IMG/VR virus record: IMGVR_UViG_3300033121_001357
Coordinates: 1-64,000 of that record
Strand: one strand, 5' to 3'
Origin: a virus
Taxonomy: Duplodnaviria > Caudoviricetes
DNA length: 64,000 nt
Shown here: piece by piece, positions 32,215 through 42,136 of the stretch
Position numbering within the stretch: position 1 is the stretch's first letter
How the letters are laid out: each line of letters starts with the position of its first letter
Translations under genes and position numbers: made by a program
Notes under the pieces: generated by a model
Seen by the model: only the letters and a program-made list of their open reading frames with translations
Databases searched by the model: none
What the model was told of the DNA's origin: nothing

Positions 32215-32248
32215 AAAATAAAAAGGGGAGAGCCGAAGCCCTCCCCTT
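32215..32248 (-). terminator. Rho-independent terminator after the major tube gene
   Basis: Minus strand AAGGGGAGGGC-TTCG-GCTCTCCCCTT followed by TTTATTTT. Confidence 0.85.
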
Positions 32249-32274
32249 CAATTACGCCTAAAACCTGAAGTGTT

Positions 32275-32913
32275 TTAAGTCGATGCACCGACTTCGTTGG
32301 CGTTAAGACCCGTGCCAGCATCTCGTACACGAACCCAGGGTGTCAAGCTACGACAGACATATGTTACCTGATGTTCGATAACGATGTCATCAATTGAAAC
32401 ACCAGAACCCTCATTTAGGAATTCGATACCGAGTACTCTCATCTGAGCGGCAGCACCATACTCATTTGCGGCATGGAGCGTGACGTCAAATGGAGGAATC
32501 TGGTCAACATACCATGGAGTGGCAAGCTCCTGATCGCCAGTTGGATTCTCGAAGGGAGTTTCTGCGCCAAAAACATCTGTACCAGGACCGACTCCATTGC
32601 TGTTAGATACAATCTGACCATTCTCTAGTGGACGAAGGTCGTCTATGTCAGACCAGAATTTACTGGTATTCATCTGACCTAGAACAGCATGCTTGTCGAA
32701 CTGGATAAATACCATTGAACCTGCGATACCACGCTTACCTCTTGAGAAGGAGCGAGGGTCAGCTGCACCCATTGTGTAGATGGGGGCCTTTTCGCGGGTT
32801 ACGCTCCAGGAGATAGCCTGGAGCGTACCGATGACCTGGTTCTTAAAGACAGCTCTGATGTCTACACCGCTAAAGCTGTTGTATGAACGGGTGAACTCAC
32901 TGCTCATTCCCAT
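32275..32913 (-). CDS. Major tail tube protein (212 aa)
   Basis: Directly after the sheath; strong SD (AAGGAG); followed by a terminator; motifs shared with two paralogues. Confidence 0.8.
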   Translation of the reverse strand: MGMSSEFTRSYNSFSGVDIRAVFKNQVIGTLQAISWSVTREKAPIYTMGAADPRSFSRGKRGIAGSMVFIQFDKHAVLGQMNTSKFWSDIDDLRPLENGQIVSNSNGVGPGTDVFGAETPFENPTGDQELATPWYVDQIPPFDVTLHAANEYGAAAQMRVLGIEFLNEGSGVSIDDIVIEHQVTYVCRSLTPWVRVRDAGTGLNANEVGAST

Positions 32914-32928
32914 GATTGGTTAACTCCT

Positions 32929-35436
32929 TTACGCCTGAAGCGCGATATCAACGTTGATCTTGCGGAGTTCGTTGACGATTCTGAGACTTAGCTTGACCCT
33001 TGCTGTTCCGCGCACCTGGTCAATTCTGGACTGGCTTACAGTGGCGCTGAAAGAAAGAATTGCGCTGTTGGAAGCCTTCTGCATGTCGCTGAGCTCCTTG
33101 AGGAGACGAGTCTCAAGAGCACCCTTCCTGATTGGGGTAAGTGGCTCTCCAAGGAATTCTCTACCAACTTCTCTGACCTTGGTGATGACCTGGGACACGA
33201 GACGAATACTCATGTTCCTTGTGAAGTCGGAGTTTGGTAGTGCAGCAGACGGTGCATCTACTACAATTACGTCGGTTCCCTTCTGGTCGAATACTGTATA
33301 ACGAGCACCAGTCAAAGAATTCAAGTGACGCTTTGCAAGCTTCTGTGCCAGACGCACTCTGCTGGTATTGCCGATGCCAACCTTCTTCATTGTGGCAGCG
33401 GACCAAGGGGCGATGGCGGAGAGTAGACCTGCGTAGATTGAGGCACCTGAGTTGATGTATCCAAGACCTGTTGTATCGGCGTTGTTCTGGAAGATCGGCC
33501 AAGTTGGAACGATACTTAGGAACTTACCGAGGTCGATTTCAAAGTTGTTGTTGTCAAGTACGAGAGTGGCGTCGTCGAGTTCACCGGACTCCGTAGCCTT
33601 AAAGCCAGGATCGAACTGAGCACCGTTGACGGAGTATTTCTTTCCAGCGATGAACTTAAAGCCAAGTAGGCCGCTTCCGTTTGTGATGACATCACCAGTC
33701 TCGGTATCGTAAACAGGGGACTTGCCGATCCAACGAGCGATAGACGCTGGGTTGAAATGGTTTGTCGGCGGATTTACACCGATAACTGCGATCGTGGAGT
33801 TCTCGTTCTCAGTAGCCTCGTGGCAGAACCTTGCAATGCGGTAAGCGAAGTTCACCTCATTGTAAGTATAGCCATCTAGGTCGATCTTGGAGGTGTACCA
33901 CTGATGGACCAAAGCACCATCAACCTCAACACTACGGTGATAGAAGAGAAGGTCAGTGTCGTATACCGCGAAGGCCGGAGTACGAGCAGCTACGACTGTT
34001 CCACCAACACCGCTAAGAGAGAAGCTCACATTACGGTCAAAGTGGACAATCAGCTTAGTAGCAGCAGAACCATCTTCCCAGCTTAGAATACGAGCTGTAC
34101 GAACAAGTTCGCCAGCAGTGTGGTTGTCGCCGAAAGCAGAACCCTGTGGGCTTCTGAATACGATCCAGCAGGCGCCTCTGCCAGCAGTTGCAAGAGCAGT
34201 CTTAGCAGTCGTTCTCTCATCGGCATCGTCGAAAGTAAGCTCAAAGCGATCTGCTCTACCAGCTAGAGTCGTTCCTACCACGTCCTGAATGGTACCAGTC
34301 GCAGTGGAATCCATGAGCTGTGTCGGGAGCGCAGTAGCGCCTGTAGTCTCACCATCAAGAGCCGGGTCGTCTAGATAGACACCGGGCACAAGTAGTACGT
34401 CGATCGGAGAAGCCTCGAGAGCCATAAAGGCATCTTCAACAGCTTCGTACATATTCATCTTTGCGGGCTCGACCTCATCAACAGTCAGATCAGCGGTGCT
34501 GCCAAGGCTGTTCACTACCTTGTTCAAACCATTGAAGTCAGAACCAGGGGTGACTAGGAGCTTCTGAACGCCGGACGCTGCTGTGATGTAGAGTCTGTCC
34601 GTAAGAATATTGTCGATACGAATCGGACGAATCTTGGAGATGAAGCGGATCTTGTGGTTCGCACCTTCGGGGAAGCTGAGAGCCGTTAGATCAGAGTCTA
34701 GCGTAAGCGTCTTGGAGGCGATGTCGACCGCAGTGAGCGTGCGCTCCTGAAGGACAGAGCCATCACTCTTAAGGCACTGTACAAAGTACGGGTTTGTAGA
34801 AGCGTTGAACTGGAGGCGACCAAGGTTCAGTGTTCCGGCATCGTTCATGACGATGGTGTCCATTGCGGTATCGTCTGGAACGGTGAACGTCTGGTCGGTC
34901 TCGTCGTCCTCAACCTTTGTCTGCTCACCAATGGAGCCTACGAGGTTACCCACGGCCTTCTCGCCTGTGATCGTCACAGTGCCAAGGTCCACAGGGTTTG
35001 TGCTGTCGTTGCTGTATAGAAGCTCGCCAGTTGTGGCGTTGTATACCTTGAGGATGTCCTCAGCATTGTCGTAGAGGATGCTGTACCTCTCAAGGGCATT
35101 GGAGCCTTCTACAACAGTTGTAATGGTATATCCTGCGCTGCCAGCGCTGTCGCCAATATGCTCAATCTTGCCTCTAGTAGCAAGTACGCGGTAGGCGGAT
35201 ACGTTGTCAGCACCACCCTGGAATGCCTCGACGATAGCGCGAGCTAGGGTTCCCTCGGAACCAAAGCGAGAAAGGGCTGTGCTGCTTGAGTAGAGCTTAG
35301 ACTCAAACTTAGAAGGCCCCTGCTTTGCTGTGCCAAGAACACCTACGACTGGGCCAACGGGAGCGATGTCAAGTAGGACATTGCCATCGTTGATTGTCAC
35401 GGAGGTGCCTGGAAGGTTTGGGTACTTGTCTGTCAT
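32929..35436 (-). CDS. Tail sheath protein (835 aa)
   Basis: N-terminal 'YPNLPG......D', 'VLGTAKQGP', 'FG..G.L......AFQGGA'; C-terminal 'SIRLV......REV...FLGEP......L..VNELRKI.V.I'. SD AGGAG. Confidence 0.9.
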   Translation of the reverse strand: MTDKYPNLPGTSVTINDGNVLLDIAPVGPVVGVLGTAKQGPSKFESKLYSSSTALSRFGSEGTLARAIVEAFQGGADNVSAYRVLATRGKIEHIGDSAGSAGYTITTVVEGSNALERYSILYDNAEDILKVYNATTGELLYSNDSTNPVDLGTVTITGEKAVGNLVGSIGEQTKVEDDETDQTFTVPDDTAMDTIVMNDAGTLNLGRLQFNASTNPYFVQCLKSDGSVLQERTLTAVDIASKTLTLDSDLTALSFPEGANHKIRFISKIRPIRIDNILTDRLYITAASGVQKLLVTPGSDFNGLNKVVNSLGSTADLTVDEVEPAKMNMYEAVEDAFMALEASPIDVLLVPGVYLDDPALDGETTGATALPTQLMDSTATGTIQDVVGTTLAGRADRFELTFDDADERTTAKTALATAGRGACWIVFRSPQGSAFGDNHTAGELVRTARILSWEDGSAATKLIVHFDRNVSFSLSGVGGTVVAARTPAFAVYDTDLLFYHRSVEVDGALVHQWYTSKIDLDGYTYNEVNFAYRIARFCHEATENENSTIAVIGVNPPTNHFNPASIARWIGKSPVYDTETGDVITNGSGLLGFKFIAGKKYSVNGAQFDPGFKATESGELDDATLVLDNNNFEIDLGKFLSIVPTWPIFQNNADTTGLGYINSGASIYAGLLSAIAPWSAATMKKVGIGNTSRVRLAQKLAKRHLNSLTGARYTVFDQKGTDVIVVDAPSAALPNSDFTRNMSIRLVSQVITKVREVGREFLGEPLTPIRKGALETRLLKELSDMQKASNSAILSFSATVSQSRIDQVRGTARVKLSLRIVNELRKINVDIALQA

Positions 35437-35448
35437 TAGAAGTGCTCC

Positions 35449-36138
35449 TTATTGTGGGGAACTTGTAGTAGTAATAATACTACGAAGTACGTGCTCCTTA
35501 ATCACTCGTATCTTTTCTGTCCTTACGTAGTAGACCAAAGGTCTGACTACAATCTTGCGGTTATCGGGCGATAGGACAGCATCTGAACCGCGCCCCTCAT
35601 AAGCAATCTGCTGAACCCCGCTAGCCTTGAAATACCACATCCAGTTTTCCATAAAGGACTCGAACCATAGGGCTCTCTGGTTTGCGGTTCTGTTATCTCT
35701 AGCGTAGATCTCGAAGGCGACCTTGTTATCAAACCACTGTCCTAGTGTGAAGATTTTGAAACCTGGATAATCAGGATCAATTATCGATTCACGAACAAGT
35801 GGTCTCATCTGACGAATGTTACCTTCACTCATTGCTCTATGAGCAGATGTCTTCTCAAAAGTGCCTGGCATTCTCTGTAGTAGACTATAGCTGATGACCT
35901 CAGTCTTCAAGTTATCATCTACTTCGGGGAATTGCTCTGTGTATAGAAGCGGCACCTTTGTTCCATCAATCTCTTGCTGGTACTTAAGAGCTAATCCAAC
36001 AAGACCAAAGAACTCTGTAATGTCAACAGCAGGACGTGGTGTCCTTAGCTTTGGATCGATTCCAGAACTTCTGTACTCCTCAGCTAATGCTGCAAAATAG
36101 TCGTCAATCCAAGAGCCGATTACTTCATGCTGATCCAT
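35449..36138 (-). CDS. Putative tail terminator / completion protein (229 aa)
   Basis: Immediately upstream of the sheath; 'FEIYAR....AN.....FE.FM' and 'L.YYVRTE' pattern. Confidence 0.55.
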   Translation of the reverse strand: MDQHEVIGSWIDDYFAALAEEYRSSGIDPKLRTPRPAVDITEFFGLVGLALKYQQEIDGTKVPLLYTEQFPEVDDNLKTEVISYSLLQRMPGTFEKTSAHRAMSEGNIRQMRPLVRESIIDPDYPGFKIFTLGQWFDNKVAFEIYARDNRTANQRALWFESFMENWMWYFKASGVQQIAYEGRGSDAVLSPDNRKIVVRPLVYYVRTEKIRVIKEHVLRSIITTTSSPQ

Positions 36139-36185
36139 TCTTTTCTACCAATAACATTTTGAGGTTATTTGCCAAGGGTTTTCGA

Positions 36186-36731
36186 TTATTCCGAATAGCA
36201 AGACAGTCGCCAGTATTCAGTACGGCCGTTATCGGACTTGAACTTCTCTGCCATATGAATGTTATGTGATAGGACTGCCTTGATTGGAGAAACTAGCTTG
36301 CCCTCTCTATCTGTCAGTGGCTCGATGATCTTATCGTAACGCGTGATCATCTCTACTGGTTCGACATAGAAGAAAGACATGGCGATTGTGTTCTTTCCCC
36401 ACTTCATATACTTCTCTACGTCTTGGTACTCGAATCTATCTGTCTTATAGGCTGTGATGATCTTGTCCGTAAAGAGGTAGCCTTCACCATCACAGATGTT
36501 ACAGCGATATGTCAGTTCGGGCTCATTGGATGGTCCGGTCTTACAGGCACATGGGATGAGGTCTTCTGCAGAGGTGGCCTCCACCACACCTTCCCTGGTA
36601 TTCATACTTCTAAGGATATAGAAGGCCCCCTTTGCCACTTCGTCAGGAGCTCCGAATAGAAATCTATTCATTTCAACCCTTAGATCTAACTCTCTGGTCT
36701 TAGATGTATTGGGGAATGGATTCCATTTCAT
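36186..36731 (-). CDS. Putative head-closure / neck protein with Zn-binding Cys motif (181 aa)
   Basis: CAC...C..C.G.GY motif; neck-gene position. Confidence 0.55.
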   Translation of the reverse strand: MKWNPFPNTSKTRELDLRVEMNRFLFGAPDEVAKGAFYILRSMNTREGVVEATSAEDLIPCACKTGPSNEPELTYRCNICDGEGYLFTDKIITAYKTDRFEYQDVEKYMKWGKNTIAMSFFYVEPVEMITRYDKIIEPLTDREGKLVSPIKAVLSHNIHMAEKFKSDNGRTEYWRLSCYSE

Positions 36732-37423
36732 AGGTCTCTATAACCTTTCTTAGGACGTCTCTGGGCAGCGCCATCTGTCTTTCTAAAGTAATAATCTTTA
36801 GCATTTGCTGCTGGGATGTTTGCTCCTTCATACTCTGGAGTAGAGGCCCATAGACGAGCGGGAACAGGGGTGTCTGGGTTGTTCAGCCCCTTGACTGCAG
36901 ATCTGATCGTACGCCCCCAGCGTCCGCCGTCTTCGAGGATTGCTGTCAGCGTTTTAAGCTGCTCCTGTGCGTCTCTAAGCAACTGTGCAGCAGCTCCCTC
37001 TCTCTTGATAGAGAGGTCGCCTAGACGCTTCTGCAGCTTGGCGGTCACGGAAGAGCCAGCTAGAAGGCCGACTAGGGTTGCGGCAGTAACCCACCTGCTG
37101 CGATAGCTGGCGTACATCTCTGGATTGATACTGGCTGCGTCGGGGCAGAAGTTTAATAGGTCTGCCTGTCTGGAGTAATACTGTACTAGCTGATTTATTG
37201 TCTCATCAGGGATTTCAACTAGGAACTCACCGGCCATGAGGCGGACTCTAGTGGCGTTTGAGTAGAAGGGATTAAGAGTAGTCGTATAGTGAGATTCGTA
37301 AGTCCCACCCAGTGTGCTCCCGTCAGTTGCCCTTAACCCCCTGATCGTAATGAATATTAGTCTATTCTCTACAGGTCTACCGGGAGCAATTATGGCTTGT
37401 AGTGAAACTGTAATCATTACCAT
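36728..37423 (-). CDS. Putative head-tail adaptor (231 aa)
   Basis: Helical; 'KRLGDLSI' beta-hairpin pattern typical of adaptors; neck position. Confidence 0.5.
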   Translation of the reverse strand: MVMITVSLQAIIAPGRPVENRLIFITIRGLRATDGSTLGGTYESHYTTTLNPFYSNATRVRLMAGEFLVEIPDETINQLVQYYSRQADLLNFCPDAASINPEMYASYRSRWVTAATLVGLLAGSSVTAKLQKRLGDLSIKREGAAAQLLRDAQEQLKTLTAILEDGGRWGRTIRSAVKGLNNPDTPVPARLWASTPEYEGANIPAANAKDYYFRKTDGAAQRRPKKGYRDL

Positions 37424-37815
37424 TCTCTCCTAGAGAAACGGGAGTCTGGAGTTAATACTGCTCCTGTAGGGAATGCAAAGCAGTACATATCAGTAACACC
37501 ATCTAATAGGCGGTACTGGAAGGCAGGGATCGTCCTCTTGACTTGACGTCCGATATTAACCTCAACCCGTCTGAATACTCTGATCAGCTTCCCACACCCA
37601 ATCTCTGCTGAAGCTACGATAGACTCCAACTGCCTATCCTCATCATCAAATAATGAGAACTTTCTCAAATCAATGAGATTGGCATTGGTGAGTACTAGGC
37701 TTGGATGAGATTTGAGGTAGGAGAGATCGGGATGGGTTTCTTCGATAGTCACTTCACTTAGAGAGCTTCCAGGAAGACTGAAAGTGAAGTGCCACTGGAA
37801 AAAGAACTTGTCCAT
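37417..37815 (-). CDS. Hypothetical protein (132 aa)
   Basis: Coupled ORF in the structural operon. Confidence 0.5.
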   Translation of the reverse strand: MDKFFFQWHFTFSLPGSSLSEVTIEETHPDLSYLKSHPSLVLTNANLIDLRKFSLFDDEDRQLESIVASAEIGCGKLIRVFRRVEVNIGRQVKRTIPAFQYRLLDGVTDMYCFAFPTGAVLTPDSRFSRREW

Positions 37816-37817
37816 AT

Positions 37818-38354
37818 TTATTCCTCATCGTATCTGAGGATTAGCTCGTAGCTGTCTGTATCGCCGGTTTCTACTGAGGGAAGAACTTCCATTTGAAGGA
37901 CAAGGTATTTGCCGATTCCGGCATCTTCAATATCACCATCATCGACGTTCGCATCATAGGGACCCTCTCCCAAAGAGAGTGGCTCTGCTGATGTGTAGGT
38001 GAATAGATTTTGCTTAGGCGCGGCCATTGCGCCAGCAATACCATAGCCGCCAACCTTAGGCGTAGCAAAAGCGTCTACGGCCTTTGCCCAAATAGAAATT
38101 CCAGTATTCGGTGTTCCCGACGTAAAGACCTCTAGGTTAGAGATATTTGCAGAATCCACAAGGTCATCGATGTATAACCTGAGGTACTTCTCATAGGAAC
38201 GGTAGACTCCAGCATTAGGGCGCACGAGCTTGTCATTCTCGTCAACGACGCTGTCGTCTGCGCTCTTGAATCGAACAATGCCACCACTCTTTGGAGTTGC
38301 AGCCTGCGTGCCGAGAGTACCATTCCATTCGTTTAGTTCAATTGTTGCTGCCAT
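37818..38354 (-). CDS. Putative virion structural protein (178 aa)
   Basis: Acidic, beta-rich, ends YDEE; structural operon. Confidence 0.5.
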   Translation of the reverse strand: MAATIELNEWNGTLGTQAATPKSGGIVRFKSADDSVVDENDKLVRPNAGVYRSYEKYLRLYIDDLVDSANISNLEVFTSGTPNTGISIWAKAVDAFATPKVGGYGIAGAMAAPKQNLFTYTSAEPLSLGEGPYDANVDDGDIEDAGIGKYLVLQMEVLPSVETGDTDSYELILRYDEE

Positions 38355-38357
38355 GAC

Positions 38358-39359
38358 TTAACCTGAAAACCTTAGTGTAAGGACCTTTCCACTTACTGTT
38401 GGAGTAACCTTCAATGAGACAGACTCTGTAGTCGTTTCATCTAGCGGGAGACTTTCCATTAGAACTCGAATAAAGGCATCGGATACCGAGTCTGGATCGA
38501 TATTCTTATTGAACTCAATCACAATACGATCAAGCCCAACCTTCACATTTGAATCGCCCCTTTCTGGCGTAATCGACACAACTGCAAACTCGGGGCCTTC
38601 TGCAGATACAACCCTGTCTACCCTTCTGAATCCATCTACAGTCTTGTCTGCGAGACGATAAGACGGGGAGTCTTCTGATACCTCTGTGTATGTCGAAGAC
38701 CCCGTATAGAAGGTAAAGGCGTTAATATCCTCGAGAGGGACACCTTCAATAACGTCAAAGGTGAATGTGTCGCCAACGGCATATGCACCAGTCTTGAATA
38801 CAGCGCTTAGGCCCTGCTCCAAGGCGATGAGCCTATCGGTAACAATAGTCTCTGAGTCGAGACCATTCGATGCCTTTCTGTAGACGAATCGGGCAGTGCC
38901 GAGTGCTCCTGCAGTTACAATCTCGATTGTGAAGGTATCATCTTCCCCAAGGTAGGGACCTTTGATGACCACTTCCCCTGTTCCGGTATTTCCTGGGTCA
39001 GGTATTACGTCATCAATTGTTCTAGTAAGGGCTTTCGTCCCAACGAGGACTTTATAGGTAGTGTTGGGGAGTAGAGGAGACTTCGGTGTAAAGATAAATG
39101 TGCGGTTATCAGTAGTTGAAATCGTCCCCTCTACAACCCCAGAGAATGGACCTGACCTTAGATAGTCGGTGTCAGAATCAGGGCTAAGGTTTTCTAGACC
39201 TGGACCTTCTACTACTAGCTTCTTTGCTTCTGTAGCAACGACAAAGGCGCCATTAGAGATGCTATCAACATCTACATCCTCATCGAATGTAATGGTAACA
39301 ACGGTCTCAAGTGGCTGATTCAGTGCGTTGTTTGCAGGGCTAGTAGATAGGATTTCCAT
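38358..39359 (-). CDS. Ig-like (Big_5-type) domain virion protein (333 aa)
   Basis: Two Big_5-like starts: 'ILSTSPANNA.N.PL...VTITFDEDVD' and 'VVSITPERGDSNV......IVIEFNKNIDP'; also 'FTPKSPL.PNTTY.V'. Confidence 0.7.
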   Translation of the reverse strand: MEILSTSPANNALNQPLETVVTITFDEDVDVDSISNGAFVVATEAKKLVVEGPGLENLSPDSDTDYLRSGPFSGVVEGTISTTDNRTFIFTPKSPLLPNTTYKVLVGTKALTRTIDDVIPDPGNTGTGEVVIKGPYLGEDDTFTIEIVTAGALGTARFVYRKASNGLDSETIVTDRLIALEQGLSAVFKTGAYAVGDTFTFDVIEGVPLEDINAFTFYTGSSTYTEVSEDSPSYRLADKTVDGFRRVDRVVSAEGPEFAVVSITPERGDSNVKVGLDRIVIEFNKNIDPDSVSDAFIRVLMESLPLDETTTESVSLKVTPTVSGKVLTLRFSG

Positions 39360-39362
39360 TGG

Positions 39363-39656
39363 TTACTCTCCGGCTGATTCGCTGTTCTTTGAACCAATTA
39401 CAGAGACGAAGGTTCCAGTCTCAAGATCAAGGCGCCAATCCTTTAGCTCTTCACTAGAAATACCTTTAGCCTTTGCAAGGTCTTCGGCTAGCTTCCTCAG
39501 GTCGCTATGGACCTGGTTGGTAGACTGGATTAGTTGGCTCTCAATTTTGAGGAAGTTGGTCCTTAACTGAGAATGGGCTACAGCAAGCTCTGTGAGCTTG
39601 TCTTGCATCTTACGCATCATTGTAAGATCAGCAACTGAGATACTCTTATCGGACAT
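39363..39656 (-). CDS. Coiled-coil hypothetical protein (97 aa; start reassigned to MSDKSI)
   Basis: ATG 39656 overlaps the upstream TAA (TAATG); heptad-like helix ending 'LDLETGTF'. Confidence 0.55.
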   Translation of the reverse strand: MSDKSISVADLTMMRKMQDKLTELAVAHSQLRTNFLKIESQLIQSTNQVHSDLRKLAEDLAKAKGISSEELKDWRLDLETGTFVSVIGSKNSESAGE

Positions 39657-40252
39657 TAGACACCTAGAGTTAACTGGAAGGGCTTGCTCTGAAGCAAACG
39701 CTTTGTGTTCTGAACTACGACCCAGCATGAGCCGCGACCACTTTCTTTTAGATATGTATTGTCATTCACTGACACAGTAGCAACGATTTCAGTATCGCCT
39801 ACGTTCACGGAATTGATTGTGGCAACAATGGTGTGCCTTGTCTGTGGCGGAACCTGGCTCCTTGTTCGATCAGGGGATGTCATGAGGATGACCCTGAGGT
39901 CTGCATCCTCTGCTCCGAAGTTGGTCCCCGTGATGGTCAGCTCCGTAGTTCCAGTAAGACCAACAGTGGAATCATCAGACTGGTCGGTTACGACGTCTGA
40001 GATGGTTGGAGCTGTTATGCATTCCCACTGGGTAATGCCAAGAACATCGCCATCAGCATTTCTCTCGATAGTCCTAGCGAAGACAACATCTGTGTCTTCG
40101 TCATCTCTGTCCCGCAGGAAGGTCTTAGACTCAACGATAGTCTCATCAGTAACCTCGTCGTTAAAGCCTGTTGCGGTAAAGGAGGGTTCTTTCATTAGAG
40201 CGATCATGTCATTATCAAATGACATGAAAATCTTCACTGTCTGTGGGTCCAT
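39656..40252 (-). CDS. IPT/TIG-like domain virion protein (198 aa)
   Basis: 'APTISDV.......G.T.LTITGTNFG' is a typical IPT/TIG signature. Confidence 0.6.
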   Translation of the reverse strand: MDPQTVKIFMSFDNDMIALMKEPSFTATGFNDEVTDETIVESKTFLRDRDDEDTDVVFARTIERNADGDVLGITQWECITAPTISDVVTDQSDDSTVGLTGTTELTITGTNFGAEDADLRVILMTSPDRTRSQVPPQTRHTIVATINSVNVGDTEIVATVSVNDNTYLKESGRGSCWVVVQNTKRLLQSKPFQLTLGV

Positions 40253-40255
40253 AGA

Positions 40256-40777
40256 TTAGTCTTCCTCTTCTAGGACAGTTCGCCTAGTGCTCTTTACTAC
40301 TGGCTCTTTGGCAGGACTGTCGATTACGAGGTCTTCAATTACCTCTTCAGACTCTGTGATTTCGCCATAGAACTGTTCAGAGAGATCCGCATTAAAGATC
40401 CCCGTCAAAGATGCCTGGATGATATTCAGAACACTCTGACGCGGAGACTCCTTTGCCTTTTCAAGCTTGAGTAGTTCCTGAAGGCTCTTAACATCTTTGG
40501 TTAATGCCATTCTTGAGACATAGCGTCTCTGAATGTCCGTTGCTGGCAAGGACAGAATCTGCTCAAAGGTAGCACTCTTTGAGGACATCGCAAACTGCTC
40601 GGAAACTAGAGTGATAGTGTTGTTGTTCAGTGCACTCTGGAGAATCTGTCGATTCTCTTCAGTCATTTCCTTAAGCTCTTCGTCAGTGACCAAGCGTACT
40701 GGATTTGCCCTGGAAAGAACAATGTCAGTTCCAGACAAGGACCAGAAGGGTCTTAGTGGGCTTAGATAGATATACAT
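40256..40777 (-). CDS. Hypothetical protein (173 aa)
   Basis: SD GGAG/AAGGA; 'LQELLKLEK....PRQSVLNII' helical motif common in phage head-region proteins. Confidence 0.55.
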   Translation of the reverse strand: MYIYLSPLRPFWSLSGTDIVLSRANPVRLVTDEELKEMTEENRQILQSALNNNTITLVSEQFAMSSKSATFEQILSLPATDIQRRYVSRMALTKDVKSLQELLKLEKAKESPRQSVLNIIQASLTGIFNADLSEQFYGEITESEEVIEDLVIDSPAKEPVVKSTRRTVLEEED

Positions 40778-40851
40778 ATTCCTTACTCCATTTAGTGGAG
40801 AACCAATGGAGGCAAGTATATGAGAGATTCTTCTATTGTGTCTAGGATTTT

Positions 40852-41025
40852 TTAGGAGGAAGCTTTCTTCTTACGTGAAGACTTCTTCTCAGGTGGGGTT
40901 TCGGCGGGCTCTTCTGGAAGGATTTCTGCGGGAACTGGATCTGCAACTGTTTCCTCTAGAACAGGCTCGAGAATCTTTGCTGCCTTCTTACGTTCTAGAA
41001 TTTTTCCGTTATGACTCCAAAGCAT
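40852..41025 (-). CDS. Small protein (57 aa), not in the ORF track
   Basis: AAGAGG then ATG 41025: MLWSHNGKILERKKAAKILEPVLEETVADPVPAEILPEEPAETPPEKKSSRKKKASS*; fills the operon gap on the coding strand. Confidence 0.65.
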   Translation of the reverse strand: MLWSHNGKILERKKAAKILEPVLEETVADPVPAEILPEEPAETPPEKKSSRKKKASS

Positions 41026-41056
41026 GTTTGCCTCTTAAAAGCTGAGATAGATTACG

Positions 41057-41602
41057 TTAGGTCGCTAAGGTCTTCTGTTCAACCCATAGTGTAATCTTTA
41101 TGGTTCCATCTTCCCCACCAGTCTTATTCTCGACTGTTAGATAGATGTTGTTATCTTCGCTCCGATGGGGTGCGACGACCGTCAGGACCATGCCACCCAT
41201 ACCTCGATAGCGAGGTAAAATGTCTGTAGTTCCTGCTCCAAAGTAAGCATCACCTGTCAGAATGCCAATAAGTTTGCTGCGAGCGCTATCTGCATACTGC
41301 TTGATAATTGCTGAAGTTACGGATGCATTCGATACCGGCTCCCATGTGACCTTGGGAATATAGCCATCCGGGAATCCAATATCAATTGTCAAGTTTCCGG
41401 AACCACCACCGCTGATACTTTCAGTGGTTCCTTCGAACTTGGCGACCGATCCTCCGCCTCCGCCCGCACTCTCAACAGCACTGGCCAACTCGTCGATTGC
41501 TTCCTTAACAGTTCTGGCTGCAAGGCCAGAAACTGTTGGATCATAGTCGACTCCTAAGCTTTCTGTCTTAATCGAACCATCAGAGTTCCATAGTCTAGCC
41601 AT
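41057..41602 (-). CDS. Putative head fibre / decoration protein (181 aa)
   Basis: 'SGLAARTVKEAIDELA' fibre-type repeat followed by a poly-Gly linker and a beta-rich domain. Confidence 0.5.
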   Translation of the reverse strand: MARLWNSDGSIKTESLGVDYDPTVSGLAARTVKEAIDELASAVESAGGGGGSVAKFEGTTESISGGGSGNLTIDIGFPDGYIPKVTWEPVSNASVTSAIIKQYADSARSKLIGILTGDAYFGAGTTDILPRYRGMGGMVLTVVAPHRSEDNNIYLTVENKTGGEDGTIKITLWVEQKTLAT

Positions 41603-41618
41603 GGTTCACCCCCTGATA

Positions 41619-42059
41619 TTACTCATTAGGTGTGAAGTAAACGATACCTACGGTTACGGATCCAGCGGTAGTTCCACTGAGGTTTACGTCGGAGGTTAGC
41701 GTAAGCGTAATAGCTCCGTCAGCAGGTCTCATGATAGCACCAGCAGCGACTGCACCAGCAGTAGCGCTACCTGCCATAATGTCCCAGTCATCATCCGGAG
41801 TGATTTCTACATCGCCCACTGTAAGAGACTCAAGGACGTAGCTTGTATCTCCAACAACTGCAAATGCAGTGTTGAGGGTCGTGTAGCAACCAAGAATTAC
41901 GGCGCCGTCAGGAATGTCACCTAGACCAGAAAGATCTCCTAGGTCAAAGTCACCCGTGACAGCATCGGTATCAGCAAGATCTGCGAAGGTGAGAGTGGCT
42001 TCAAAGCACTTTACAGCCCTCTGGAAGATCCCCCAATTTGAAAGGTCCTGAACTGCCAT
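41619..42059 (-). CDS. Putative capsid decoration protein (146 aa)
   Basis: Directly after the major capsid gene; strong SD AAGGAG; acidic beta-sandwich pattern (IP.GAVI...TAF...TAGSV.V.I.Y). Confidence 0.5.
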   Translation of the reverse strand: MAVQDLSNWGIFQRAVKCFEATLTFADLADTDAVTGDFDLGDLSGLGDIPDGAVILGCYTTLNTAFAVVGDTSYVLESLTVGDVEITPDDDWDIMAGSATAGAVAAGAIMRPADGAITLTLTSDVNLSGTTAGSVTVGIVYFTPNE

Positions 42060-42073
42060 TTGATTTTCTCCTT

Positions 42074-42106
42074 AAAGAAAAATGGGGCCCACGAAGGAGC
42101 CCCATT
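42074..42106 (-). terminator. Rho-independent terminator after the major capsid gene
   Basis: Minus strand AATGGGGCTC-CTTCGT-GGGCCCCATT followed by TTTCTTT. Confidence 0.8.
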
Positions 42107-42136
42107 AAAGTTAGCTAGCTCCCGTTACCCTATTAG

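Noticed and set aside
11123-35436. Bacterial contractile injection system (tailocin, eCIS or T6SS) rather than a phage
   Set aside because: Terminase, portal, prohead protease and major capsid genes are in the same gene block.
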